Notes: a model not told the origin generated them from the letters alone. A DNA stretch of 61,417 nt, filler included, from an uncultured bacterium (GCA_964449065.1; 22 parts of 22 records of this genome joined end to end with filler, not necessarily neighbours in it), one strand, 5' to 3'; shown: positions 9,857 to 20,174, counted from the first letter of the whole stretch. Program-made: numbers and translations.

Positions 9857-11482
9857 TCACGATTTTTCTTCTCCCCATGTCCATACGGTTAGGTTTTTCA
9901 ATTTATCCATTGAAGGCGCGGGGAAAGCAAGGCTCACAAAATAACCAATGATGAACGATACGATATTGCTGAAGACCGTGATCATGTTTTTATGGAACGG
10001 GCTGGATAACGATTCCGGCAAAAAGGGCATGACATTGCTGGTCATGTATAAGGTCACCAGTACAGCCAAAAGAATACCCGCCAAGGCGCCTTGCGCGTTG
10101 CTTCGTTTTGTGAACATCCCCAAGAAGAACAAGCCGCCGATACCGCCCGCCAACAGTGATGTAAAGAAAAAGTTAAAGCCCAATACGGTACTTAAATCCA
10201 TTACATCTTGATTGATGATATAGGCGATGTAGAGCGAAAACAAAATCATCCCCGCCCCGGCAAAAAAGGTGATCGATCTTGCGGCGAACAAATAATAACG
10301 GTCGTCTTTGTCTTTAATCATAAAGCGTTTGAAGATATCTGAAGTTAACACGGTCGCCACGCCGTTCATGCTGGAATCGATAGACGACATCGCGGCGGCG
10401 AGCACGGCCGCGATCACAAACCCGGCGATTCCGACCGGGAGTTCATTCAAAATAAAATAGGGAAATACTTCCGCGTTGCTGATAACATCCGGCAGTTGTT
10501 CCGGATACATTTGATAAAACACCCACAAGCAGGTTCCCACAAACATAAACAAAGCCCAAATGGGAATACATCCAACACCACCGATGACCAAAGACAACTT
10601 TGCGGCCCCATCGCTCTTGGCGGCACAATAGCGCTGCACTTTGGTTTGATCCGCAACAAATTCCTGCATATTCGCAAACAAGCCGTATAACAGCAGCACC
10701 CAAAGCGTTTCTTGAAATAGATTGAGGTCCATATTGCTGGTAATCGTCATTTTCTGTTCGGCACCGGCTTCTCTCATAATTGTGCTAAATCCTTCCGGAA
10801 TACCGTACGCCACGGTGAATATACAGATAATCCCACCAAAGATCAGAATGATGGTCTGCATCACGTCCGTCCATATAACCGCTTCAATTCCGCCCATAAC
10901 GGTGTAGATTGAGACTAAAATTCCCAGCACAATGATGATGAGATAGATGTCATATCCGGTCATGGCCCGAACCGCGGCGGAAAGAAGATAAAGGATCAAG
11001 CCCATGCGGGAAAACGAAAAAACCGACCACATAATGCAGCCATAAGCCCGTGCCCAGGGGGCATAGCGCATCTCTAAATATTGATTGACGCTCACCAAAC
11101 CGGCCCGGCGGTAATAAGGAACAAACACATAGATACCAAATAGCACGGCAATGGGCACCATAAATCCGGGGATGATTTTGCTCCAATCGGATTGAAAGGC
11201 CGCTTCCGGGTACGCGAGGAAAGAGACGGAACTAATTGCCGTGCCGAGCATGGATATCCCCACCGCCCAGCCGGGAATGCTTCGGCCGCCGACAAAATAG
11301 TTTTCGGTGCCTTTCATGCGGGTCGAACACCAATAGCCGATGCCCAGCATAATGACAAAGTATAAAATTAGAGTGAAAATGTCTCCGATTCGAATTCCGA
11401 TATCCGCTTCCACAATCGTTCTCCCCCATACTGAATGGTTCCTATTTTGGTAACAGGTCAGCGATATGAAGTGCATATTCAA
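9857..11482 (-). CDS. Sodium:solute symporter (SSS family); start uncertain
   Basis: YFVGGRSIPGW, GGIEAVIWTDVMQ, VQRY, AAAMSSIDS; many TM helices. Confidence 0.92.
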   Translation of the reverse strand: MNMHFISLTCYQNRNHSVWGRTIVEADIGIRIGDIFTLILYFVIMLGIGYWCSTRMKGTENYFVGGRSIPGWAVGISMLGTAISSVSFLAYPEAAFQSDWSKIIPGFMVPIAVLFGIYVFVPYYRRAGLVSVNQYLEMRYAPWARAYGCIMWSVFSFSRMGLILYLLSAAVRAMTGYDIYLIIIVLGILVSIYTVMGGIEAVIWTDVMQTIILIFGGIICIFTVAYGIPEGFSTIMREAGAEQKMTITSNMDLNLFQETLWVLLLYGLFANMQEFVADQTKVQRYCAAKSDGAAKLSLVIGGVGCIPIWALFMFVGTCLWVFYQMYPEQLPDVISNAEVFPYFILNELPVGIAGFVIAAVLAAAMSSIDSSMNGVATVLTSDIFKRFMIKDKDDRYYLFAARSITFFAGAGMILFSLYIAYIINQDVMDLSTVLGFNFFFTSLLAGGIGGLFFLGMFTKRSNAQGALAGILLAVLVTLYMTSNVMPFLPESLSSPFHKNMITVFSNIVSFIIGYFVSLAFPAPSMDKLKNLTVWTWGEEKS

Positions 11483-11654
11483 AAAATCGAATCGATTTTT
11501 TCATTCCTCCCCCAATGCAATGGGGGAGGCTAGGTGGGGGTTAAACGCTCAGTGNNNNNNNNNNNNNNNNNNNNNNNNNNNNNNNNNNNNNNNNNNNNTT
11601 AATTAATTAANNNNNNNNNNNNNNNNNNNNNNNNNNNNNNNNNNNNNNNNNNNN

Positions 11655-11772
11655 AACCATTTTTCAAGCAATCGTCAATCATTGATTGCGTAACATCAGT
11701 TATTTAGTGACTATCAAAACGGATTTAAATCTTGCAACAATACCTACCGTATAGAATTTTGCGTAACATGAG
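11655..11772. mobile_element. Two tandem MITE-like ends (arm A and arm B), each ending in TGCGTAACATSAG
   Basis: Arm A matches 31606-31687, 37018-37105 (inverted), 37206-37258 and 48289-48388. Arm B matches 34407-34458. Confidence 0.75.
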
Positions 11773-11785
11773 TATATAATATAAA

Positions 11786-12079
11786 ATGAAATTTGAATGG
11801 GATAAAAATAAACGGTTAGCGAATATCCATAAACACGGAGTGGACTTCATAGACGCGGAAGAAATTTTTTCCGGCTATACCGTAACAGTTGAAGATGACC
11901 GCTTTGAATATGATGAACAACGGTATGTGACATTGGGTTTGTTGTGAGAAAGGGTTGTAGCCATCGTACATACGGAAGGTAAAGATAAAACCCGTATCAT
12001 TTCTATCAGGAAAGCTTCCAAATAGGAAGAAAGAAAATACTTTGAACAAATCACGAACCGATTGGAATCGGATCGATAA
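11786..12079 (+). pseudogene. brnT: BrnT toxin pseudogene
   Basis: MKFEWDKNKRLANIHKHGVDF...QRYVTLGLL*ERVV...RIISIRKASK*EERKY, with in-frame TGA at 11945 and TAG at 12023. Confidence 0.88.
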
Positions 12080-12302
12080 TATGACCGACGCGGAGATTGA
12101 TTTTTCGGATAACCCGGAATTAACTTCTGAAATGTTTGAAAACGCTAGAGTCAGGTGTGGTCTAAAATCCGAACCGGGAAAGGTGCAGTTGTCCTTACAA
12201 ATGGATCGCGATGTCTTGGCGTGGTTTTAAATGCAAGGAAAAGGATATCAATCTAAAATCAACGCCCTTTTACGTGCTTATATGGAAAAGCATTCGCAAT
12301 AA
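12042..12302 (+). pseudogene. brnA: BrnA antitoxin pseudogene
   Basis: SRTDWNRI...DRDVLAWF*MQGKGYQSKINALLRAYM, with in-frame TAA at 12228. Confidence 0.85.
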
Positions 12303-12520
12303 TCCTAACTCATTTCTTCCGTTTAGATAAAATAATACCGCCCACGGGGCAGCAACGTATGGTTATTTTGCCCACCCAGTTTCTGGAGCATGTTGAGAGT
12401 ATCGATCGACAAACAAGATTTAAATCTGATCCGGAAACGCCTGCTTATGCGGAGGGAGTATTCGGTGTTCTCTGAGTCTCTGTGGTGAAATCATACAGAA
12501 GGGCAAAAGCAAGGTGCAAT

Positions 12521-13303
12521 ATGAACAAGCCTTTTTTTCGATTGGATGGAAAAACCGCTGTCATTACCGGCGCCGGTTCAGGCATCGGCAAAAGTATTGC
12601 CCAAATCTACGCCGCGGCCGGCGCGGATGTATGGATTGCGGAAATCAATCAATCCAGCGCAAATGAAACCGTCCAACTCATTCAAAATGACAACGGGCAA
12701 GCCCAAGCCGTGAGCTGTGATGTAACAGACACATCCTCAATAGAGACCGCGGTGAATCAAGTGTTACAACGCTCCGGCAAAATTGATATCCTGGTGAACA
12801 ATGCCGGAGTCGGATTCGTCGGCAATATTGAAAACACACCCGAAGAAGATTTTGACCGCTTGATGAACGTCAACGTGAAAGGCATCTACAACGTTACCAA
12901 AAATGTGCTGCCCCACATGCTAAAACAAAAACAAGGCAGTATCATCAACATGGCCTCAATCGCATCCATCATCGGTGTCAAAGACCGCTTTGCCTACTGC
13001 GCCACCAAAGGCGCTGTTCTTATGATGACCAAAAGCATCGCGCTGGATTATGTTGATCAGGGCATCCGCTGCAACTGCATTTGCCCGACCCGCATCCACA
13101 CCCCGTTTGTGGATGATTACCTCAAAAAGAACTATCCCGGACAAGAGCAGGAAATGTTTGACAAACTCTCTGCCTATCAACCCATCGGCCGCATGGGCAA
13201 ACCGGAAGAAGTCGGCTATCTTGCGCTTTATCTCGCCAGCGATGAAGGCTGCTTCCACACCGGAGACGCTTTCCCCATCGCCGGCGGTAAACTCATGGGG
13301 TGA
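12521..13303 (+). CDS. Short-chain dehydrogenase/reductase (sugar-acid catabolism type)
   Basis: TGAGSGIG, NNAG, YCATK, PIGRMG. Confidence 0.92.
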   Translation: MNKPFFRLDGKTAVITGAGSGIGKSIAQIYAAAGADVWIAEINQSSANETVQLIQNDNGQAQAVSCDVTDTSSIETAVNQVLQRSGKIDILVNNAGVGFVGNIENTPEEDFDRLMNVNVKGIYNVTKNVLPHMLKQKQGSIINMASIASIIGVKDRFAYCATKGAVLMMTKSIALDYVDQGIRCNCICPTRIHTPFVDDYLKKNYPGQEQEMFDKLSAYQPIGRMGKPEEVGYLALYLASDEGCFHTGDAFPIAGGKLMG

Positions 13304-13422
13304 AGATGTTCATAATCATGATTGTCTTGGGAGAGCGTGGTTATGTTGGAGGGCGAAGCTCCCGCCGAGCCGGAAGCACAAATAGGGATTCCTAATACTT
13401 TGATACGGAATGGGATAGAAAA

Positions 13423-14432
13423 ATGAAGATCACCAATGTTGAAACATACCTCCTTGATGTACCGCTTCAGCAGCGCACCATTACCGATTCGCAGAGCCGG
13501 GTGGATTCCGTGGAATTTGTGCAGGTTCGCATCGATACCGATGAGGGCATTAGCGGCTGGGGCTTCAATTGGAACTACAGCAAGGGCATGCGCGCCGTGC
13601 AGGCCATTATCGATGATACCTATATCCCCCATCTTATCGGCAAAGATCCGCTCGAACACAAAACCATTCTGCGTGATCTTTATTATACCAACCACTTTAT
13701 CGGCCGTGTCGGCATTACCCGTGTCGGTTTGTGCGCGGTGAATATGGCGTTGTGGGATATCCGCTTGCAGCAGGCAGGTATGCCGCTGTGGAAATATTTA
13801 GGAGCCTTTAAAAACAAAGTGAAAGCCTACAACACCGACGGCGGCTGGCTGGATTGGTCAATCGATGATCTGATCCGTGATATGAGCGCCATCATCGAAC
13901 GCGGCTTTGATGCCGTGAAAATGAAAGTCGGTTTGCCCGACCCGCGTGAAGACTACAAGCGCGTTAAAGCCGTGCGTGAAGCCATCGGCCCTGAGATCAA
14001 ACTGATGATCGACACCAACACGGTTTGGGATCTAAAAACCGCCAAGGTGTGGGGCAAACGCATGGAAGAATTTGACATCACCTGGCTGGAAGAACCCATG
14101 CATCCCTTCGACAAACGCGCCCATGCCGAACTTGCCAAAGCGATTAACATCCCCATCGCGGTGGGCGAAACCATCTACACCAAATACGATTTTCGCGATT
14201 ACATTGAAATGGGCGCGGTTGATTATGTGCAGGCCGACTGCACCAAACTGCTGGGGATTGACGAATGGTTGGATGTCGCGGCGTTAGCGCGTGCGTATAA
14301 TCTTGAAGTTATCCCCCACACCAACGTGCAGCAAAAACTCCACACGCAACTGGCCGCAATCAGCGAGAATGTCCCGATGGTGGAATACTGCTATGAATCG
14401 CTCAACGGAATTTGGGAAAACCCCATTAGCGT
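13423..14432 (+). CDS. Mandelate racemase/muconate lactonizing enzyme family protein (3' truncated)
   Basis: MALWDI, KMK, MIDTN, WLEEP, VGE. Confidence 0.92.
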
Positions 14433-14576
14433 NNNNNNNNNNNNNNNNNNNNNNNNNNNNNNNNNNNNNNNNNNNNTTAATTAATTAANNNNNNNNNNNN
14501 NNNNNNNNNNNNNNNNNNNNNNNNNNNNNNNNGTTCGTGGCCTTGCTCATTGGTTCTCAGGGTGCGGCCCTTCTGA

Positions 14577-17119
14577 CAGGGACTTCGGCCCAATCTGAAA
14601 GGCGCCGCGGCAGAGCCCAGACTGACGCGGGTGGCGGCCTGAAAATTAACCGATCCAACACCGGCATCCCTTGCATCGGTTCGTGAGCCGTGATCTACGA
14701 TTCCGGTGTACGAACCTACTTCTCCGCAGTTGTTGATCGTCAAGTCACGTCTTTCCAAAGAGTCGTGGGAGGAACGTGTTCGCACAGCAAAGCGCGAAGC
14801 GAAGCTGTTTGCCAAGATTGCGAAGCGGGTGGAGGCGGGAGACTCGTTGAACGAGTCGGTCGGCTCCGTGCTGCCAGGGTCGAGAAGAAGCTATGCGATC
14901 CGACACTGGCGCCGCTATCGGGAAATAGGATGGGAAGCGTTGATCGATCGCCGCCTTCCGAGGGAGCCTCGCGAGTCAAAGCGTGTCCGCGCCGAGATCG
15001 AAGCCTTGTGTGCCGGCAACCCGAAGCTCTCGATGCCCGAGGCCGTTGCAGCGCTCGAGAACAACAAGCCCGGTAGACCGCTGCCGTCCCCGGCGACGCT
15101 CAAGCGAGAGCTTCGACGAGCTCGGGCACGAGTCAAACGCGAGGATGACGCCGACCGGGTGGAGACGACAGAGTTGCCGCTCGCGGGCGGTGAGCTCTTG
15201 CTCGCCGCGGAGGTGGAGACTGGCGCAATCGCCGCTCTGCGCGACGAGGTGGTCGCCATCGGCAAAGAAGCGCTCGAAGCCTCGGCCGGTCAGGAGCCGC
15301 AAAAGGACGTAGGTCTTCGGGATCGCCGAGGACGTTTTACTGTCACCTACAATCGGAAGCGTCGGCGAAAGCGCGGCGAGAAGGTCGCATCGTATTTGCG
15401 AACGGCAGCCGAGAAGGCAGACGGTCGCGTGCCGAGCTGGCCGAGGTTTGTACGAGAGCAGCCGGAGACGATCGAAGCGAAGCTGCGGACGCTTGTGTTT
15501 GAACCGTTGGTTAGCCGCGTAAAGGGATGGGCCGGCCTTCGCTCGCCGGACGCGGCGGGGTTGGCGCCACTGACCGGTTACGCCTACATGCCGAGCACCT
15601 TGGCCAAGTTCACCTCGGCCCTGGCGATCTCGAACGCAGGCCCGCGCCTGCTGCGAGCGGCAGGTAGCACATGGCACGCCGTCGCCGAACAACGATGGGG
15701 TGAAGGTGGAGCGATGGCAGCGCTGTATGTAGACAACCACGCCAAGGAGGTGTGGACATCGCTGTTCACCCAGTCGGGAAAGGTGTCGAGTTTGAACCGG
15801 GTGATGCCGGCGATCACGACGACGTATGTGCACACCGGTGCGGGTACACCAGTGGTGATGGGTGTGCAGAGTGGCGGAGCTCCGCTGGCGCCGCAACTCG
15901 CCACGCTGGTGGAGCGAACAGAAAAACAGTTGGGCGACGATATCCGACGTGCTGTGGTAATCGACTCGGAAGGGAGCACGTTCGATATACTGAGTGGCTT
16001 TTCCGAAGCGAGACGTGTGATCGTGACGCCCCTGCGGCCTTCGCGGGCGCCGGCGCTGGAGTTGCGGCACGAGGCGGGGTCATATTTCCGACCGTACCGG
16101 GAGAAGGACGAGCTACGGATCGGGTCGGCGACGCTGTACCACCGGACGACGGGGCGGTCGCTGGAGGTGGGGGTACTCGAGGTCAGGCGTGAGCATCGTG
16201 ACGCGGACACGGTATTGCTGACAACGGGTCTCGCGTTGGGATTCGGAGGTCGCGAGTTGGCGGACCTGTACTTCGCTCGTTGGCCGATCCAGGAAAACTG
16301 GTTTCGCGACGGCGAGGTGGTCAGGCTCGACGAGCATCGTGGCAACTGTTCTCAGGTGGTGACGAACATCGCGGTGGTCGCGGAAGTGGAGCGCTTGGAG
16401 CGACAGCTCGACGGTTGGCATAAGGTCAGCGAGTTGGAGAAGAGTGCCAAGACAATAAAGAAGGAATTAGAGAAGACAACGAAAGACGAGAAAGCGAAGG
16501 CGCGTAGGCTAGCGACGCGGCGCCGACGTCTGGATCGAGAATCGGCGCAGGGCGAACCGATGAGGAAGGCATTTGTTCGAGCAGCCACAGAACATCATGC
16601 GGCCCTGGTGGAGTGGGAGCAGGCACAGCTCGCATCGCAGCAGGCCAAGACACGGCTGGAGCAGAATCAAGGTCATAGGGAGAAGTTGGAAACCCGACTA
16701 TTGAAGGCGGAAGCGCGGCTGAAGACGCTCAAACCTCGACAGAAGATCCGGCGATTGGACGTGGCTCTGGACTCAGTGTTGACCTCGACGAAGCTGACAG
16801 CCGCGCAGCTAATCTCGTTCGTGTTACGAGAGTACGTGCCGGAACAGCCGATGAGTCCTCAAACATTTGTGGCGCGAGTCCTGCCGATACGCGGACGCAA
16901 GCATGTCACGCGGGACAGCGAAACCATCATCTTCGATGAGAACCCTCGCGACCCGGATGTCACGAAGGCGCTTGTCGCTGCGTGCAAGTGTCTAAACAAG
17001 CGGAGGCTGACCCGGGATGACCGCCGTCTTCATTATAAGGTTGAGCTGTGTCCCGGCGATGGGTAGTCGGTGGTGCAGTTGATCTGATCCTGGCCTTCCC
17101 CCTCTGGCCGAATTCCCTG
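14577..17119 (+). mobile_element. Complete 2543-bp insertion sequence with 14-bp terminal inverted repeats
   Basis: IRL CAGGGACTTCGGCC (14577-14590) and IRR GGCCGAATTCCCTG (17106-17119), 13/14 complementary, enclosing one transposase ORF. Confidence 0.85.
14706..17066 (+). CDS. DDE transposase, 786 aa, IS4-clan-like with long coiled coil
   Basis: N-terminal HTH-like region; LYVDNH, VVIDSEG and YFARWPIQENWFR as probable D, D, E motifs. Confidence 0.8.
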   Translation: MYEPTSPQLLIVKSRLSKESWEERVRTAKREAKLFAKIAKRVEAGDSLNESVGSVLPGSRRSYAIRHWRRYREIGWEALIDRRLPREPRESKRVRAEIEALCAGNPKLSMPEAVAALENNKPGRPLPSPATLKRELRRARARVKREDDADRVETTELPLAGGELLLAAEVETGAIAALRDEVVAIGKEALEASAGQEPQKDVGLRDRRGRFTVTYNRKRRRKRGEKVASYLRTAAEKADGRVPSWPRFVREQPETIEAKLRTLVFEPLVSRVKGWAGLRSPDAAGLAPLTGYAYMPSTLAKFTSALAISNAGPRLLRAAGSTWHAVAEQRWGEGGAMAALYVDNHAKEVWTSLFTQSGKVSSLNRVMPAITTTYVHTGAGTPVVMGVQSGGAPLAPQLATLVERTEKQLGDDIRRAVVIDSEGSTFDILSGFSEARRVIVTPLRPSRAPALELRHEAGSYFRPYREKDELRIGSATLYHRTTGRSLEVGVLEVRREHRDADTVLLTTGLALGFGGRELADLYFARWPIQENWFRDGEVVRLDEHRGNCSQVVTNIAVVAEVERLERQLDGWHKVSELEKSAKTIKKELEKTTKDEKAKARRLATRRRRLDRESAQGEPMRKAFVRAATEHHAALVEWEQAQLASQQAKTRLEQNQGHREKLETRLLKAEARLKTLKPRQKIRRLDVALDSVLTSTKLTAAQLISFVLREYVPEQPMSPQTFVARVLPIRGRKHVTRDSETIIFDENPRDPDVTKALVAACKCLNKRRLTRDDRRLHYKVELCPGDG

Positions 17120-17309
17120 TCGGAGCTGATAACGTGCGTGCCCTCGGTCTCAAGTCCTGGGGCATTCAGATACGTAGCGCACACCGCGCCCACCTGGTTC
17201 TGGAACTCCTGTGGATCGGCTGGCTTGGGATTGAGCCAGTAGCGCGACATGTGCGGCCGTAACTGCGCCTCATTTTAAAAAACGACCGACATGACGCGGC
17301 GAGATCTCT
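17120..17309 (-). pseudogene. IS630-family transposase fragment cut at the first catalytic Asp
   Basis: EISPRHVGRFLK*, then in the +1 frame EAQLRPHMSRYWLNP...HVISSD, ending exactly at the IRR of the neighbouring IS. Confidence 0.8.
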
Positions 17310-17528
17310 NNNNNNNNNNNNNNNNNNNNNNNNNNNNNNNNNNNNNNNNNNNNTTAATTAATTAANNNNNNNNNNNNNNNNNNNNNNNNNNNNNNNNNNN
17401 NNNNNNNNNAGCATATCTTCCTTATTATAAAGTGAAGATACTTTCAACGTCAAGTTTTCAAACCGGCCCCATGAAACGTTGATCCCAAAATCATTGGAGT
17501 TCTATTAAAAACACAGGCGGGCGAAAAA

Positions 17529-18104
17529 ATGCGAAACCAGGGATTTACTCTTATAGAATTATTAATTGTTGTTGCCATCATTGGCATTTTGGCCGCTATC
17601 GCGGTTCCCAACTTTTTAAACGCGCAGACGCGTGCCAAACTGGCAAAAGTGCAGGGGGATTTTAAAAGTTACGGCACCGCTTTTGAGATGTACATTCTCG
17701 ATTGGAACGCCGCCCCGTGGGACAGCCCTTCTCCGGCAGGCGATCACGGCTGGGCCTCAAGCCTTTCCCGCGTGACCACACCCGTGGCCTATATGAACTC
17801 GCTGCAGCCGGATATCTTTCAAGCCTTGGATGTGATTGAGGCACTTTCACCCACTCACTTTGTCGGGTCAAAACTGTCCTACGATTACACCACCATTTAT
17901 TTCAACGGCGGTGTTGAGAATCCCTCCAAAATATGGAAAGATTTGTTTGGACGGTCTCTATGGCGCATTGCCAGCGCGGGACCCGATCAAGCCTTGATTA
18001 ATGTTCCGGGCAGAAATTGGCTGGCTCAGCCTTATCACGCATCCAACGGTTTGGTTTCGGATGGGGATATCCAATACTCGCAGCAGAGTTTTTTGGATAA
18101 GTAA
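17529..18104 (+). CDS. Prepilin-type N-terminal cleavage/methylation protein (GspG-like pseudopilin)
   Basis: GFTLIELLIVVAIIGILAAIAVPNF; SAGPD; YHASNGLVSDGDI. Confidence 0.88.
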   Translation: MRNQGFTLIELLIVVAIIGILAAIAVPNFLNAQTRAKLAKVQGDFKSYGTAFEMYILDWNAAPWDSPSPAGDHGWASSLSRVTTPVAYMNSLQPDIFQALDVIEALSPTHFVGSKLSYDYTTIYFNGGVENPSKIWKDLFGRSLWRIASAGPDQALINVPGRNWLAQPYHASNGLVSDGDIQYSQQSFLDK

Positions 18105-18118
18105 CTCCTAAGAGTGAA

Positions 18119-19105
18119 TTACCGAACGATCCTCAAATTGCCGCCGCCTTTGACCAGTGCGTCCGCTTCGGCGCGGGTGGCCCAATTTAAATCACCGGGG
18201 ATGGAATGCTTCAGCGCGGAAAACGCCACGCCCAATTTGACGGCGTAATCCAAATCACCCGATAGATAGCCGGTCAAAAATCCTGCCGAGAATGAATCGC
18301 CGCCACCGACCCGGTCCACGATTTCCACTTCATAAGTCGGGGCTTTGTAAATGCTGCCTTCATACAGCGCAATCGCGGTCCAGTTGTTTTTCCATACGCT
18401 GATATTCTCACGCAGGGTGATGGCAACCACATCAAAGTTGAACTGATCCTTCAATTGGCGCGCGACTTCTTCGTAATCATCGCCTTCGATCTTAAACACG
18501 CGTTTGGTGTCTTCTTCGGTCGTGATGAGGATATCGGTATATTCCATCAATTCGGTCATGCAGGCTTGTGCTTGTTCTTCGGTCCACAACCGGGCACGGT
18601 AGTTCAAGTCAACGCTGACGGTTACGCCGTGCTCTTTGGCCTTTTCCATCGACTCTTTGGTTGTTGCCGCCGCACTTACGGATAACGCGGGTGTAATCCC
18701 GCTGACATGATACGCCTTCGCTCCGGCAAAGACCGAATCCCAATCCACCATGCCCACATCAATCTTGCTGATGGCGGATTCTTTGCGGTCATACAATACG
18801 CTGCTGGCGCGCGGCTTGGCGCCAAACTCCACAAAATACAGTCCCGCCCGGTCGGTGTCGCTCCACAGGATGTGCGAGGTATCCACGCCATGCTCGCGGG
18901 CTTTGTTTTCGATCATTTTTCCCAGCGGATTGTTCGGCAGTCGCGAAACAAACGTGCTTTTCAATCCCAACCGGCTGGCACCGACCGAGACGTTGTATTC
19001 TCCCCCGCCGATTTTGACATCCAGCGAATGCGTTTGTTCCAACCGCATAAAATCGGGCGGGCTTAACCGCACCATCGCTTCTCCAAATGTGACGATATCA
19101 ACCAT
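18119..19105 (-). CDS. kdgK: 2-dehydro-3-deoxygluconokinase (PfkB family)
   Basis: TFGEAMVRLSP, GGGEYNV, DLNYR, DRVGGGDSF, LKHSIPGD; next to eda. Confidence 0.88.
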   Translation of the reverse strand: MVDIVTFGEAMVRLSPPDFMRLEQTHSLDVKIGGGEYNVSVGASRLGLKSTFVSRLPNNPLGKMIENKAREHGVDTSHILWSDTDRAGLYFVEFGAKPRASSVLYDRKESAISKIDVGMVDWDSVFAGAKAYHVSGITPALSVSAAATTKESMEKAKEHGVTVSVDLNYRARLWTEEQAQACMTELMEYTDILITTEEDTKRVFKIEGDDYEEVARQLKDQFNFDVVAITLRENISVWKNNWTAIALYEGSIYKAPTYEVEIVDRVGGGDSFSAGFLTGYLSGDLDYAVKLGVAFSALKHSIPGDLNWATRAEADALVKGGGNLRIVR

Positions 19106-19142
19106 GATGTACCCCTATGTTTGCGTTATTCTTTTGCGCGAG

Positions 19143-19808
19143 TTATTGTGCATTTTCATGCTTGAGTTCTTCTATTTTTTGAATGAACTGCCGGCCGGTT
19201 TCGGTAATCCGGCTCCAATTTTCTTCGGCGAGATATTGCGGATTGATCAAAGCCGCCCCGATAGACACGCAATCCACTCCCGCATTAAAATAATCCGAAA
19301 TATTCTCCAAGCTAACCCCCGTGGGCAGCAGCCTTACTTGCGGCAGTGGGGCCAATACATCCTTAAAATATCCAGGTCCCAACCGCGGTGCCGGGAAGAC
19401 CTTTACGATATCCGCCCCTGCTTCCCACGCGGTCAAAATCTCCGTCGGCGTAAATGTTCCGGGGATGGCGATAGCGGAATAGCGGCGGGTTAAATCCACT
19501 ACATCTCTATCAAAGACTGGAGAGACAATGAACCGCGCCCCGGCCAAAATCGCATTGCGTGCCGTAGTTGTATCGAGAACCGTACCGCAGCCGAACAGGC
19601 ATTGGTTTTGATAGGTTTGAGAAAGCTCCCGAATCGTTTCCAAGGCGTTCGGTGTTGTCATGGTAATCTCAACCGCTTTGATTCCGCCATCCACCAACGC
19701 GTTCACAAGCGGCTGAAGTTGATCGGCGCTTTGGATGCGGATCACGGCAATCAAACCGGTATCAATGATTGTTCGAAGATTTTGCTCACGCTGAGATGCT
19801 ATCGTCAT
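19143..19808 (-). CDS. eda: KDPG/KHG aldolase
   Basis: IAVIR, VEITMTTP, GCGTV, FIVSP, TPTEI, VKVFPA. Confidence 0.9.
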   Translation of the reverse strand: MTIASQREQNLRTIIDTGLIAVIRIQSADQLQPLVNALVDGGIKAVEITMTTPNALETIRELSQTYQNQCLFGCGTVLDTTTARNAILAGARFIVSPVFDRDVVDLTRRYSAIAIPGTFTPTEILTAWEAGADIVKVFPAPRLGPGYFKDVLAPLPQVRLLPTGVSLENISDYFNAGVDCVSIGAALINPQYLAEENWSRITETGRQFIQKIEELKHENAQ

Positions 19809-19817
19809 TTTATTTCA

Positions 19818-19952
19818 CTCATGTTACGCAACGAAGAGACTGTCGTTATTATCCCCCCTTATTAAGGGGGGAGTAGGGGGGGGATCGAAGCACGCTTTCA
19901 ACAACGCAAAATCCCCCGGAGCCTACGGCTCCACCCCCTTATGTAAGGGGGG
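19818..19952. repeat. Terminal motif CTCATGTTACGCA followed by CCCCCTTA..AAGGGGG REP-like hairpins
   Basis: The motif lies about 10 bp upstream of the eda start. The hairpin family recurs near 21267, 36915, 50940 and 53418. Confidence 0.7.
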
Positions 19953-20042
19953 TATTGTACTGCATTTCAAATTTTCAACTCAAAACGGCACTATTTTTAT
20001 TCAAACTGTCGGAGCCGCCTTCCCCGTGGCTTCCCTGCAGCC

Positions 20043-20123
20043 ACTCATCACTCATCACTCATCAATTATCAATTATCAATTATCAATTATCAATTATCAA
20101 TTATCAATTATCAATTATCAACT
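20043..20123. repeat. Heptamer tandem repeat: ATCACTC units, then (ATCAATT)x8
   Basis: Eight perfect ATCAATT copies at 20061-20116. Confidence 0.95.
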
Positions 20124-20174
20124 CACGTTACGCACTACATTATGATATGCCCATTTTTCTAATCGTTCGCTGAA
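20122..20174. mobile_element. MITE-like end (arm C) CTCACGTTACGCACTACATTATGATATGCCC...
   Basis: Near-identical copies at 20275-20325, 42586-42640, 56302-56354 and 58748-58800, all at contig ends. Confidence 0.8.

Noticed and set aside
19955..20173. ORF with QLSIINY repeats
   Set aside because: It is a translation of the ATCAATT microsatellite and a MITE end.
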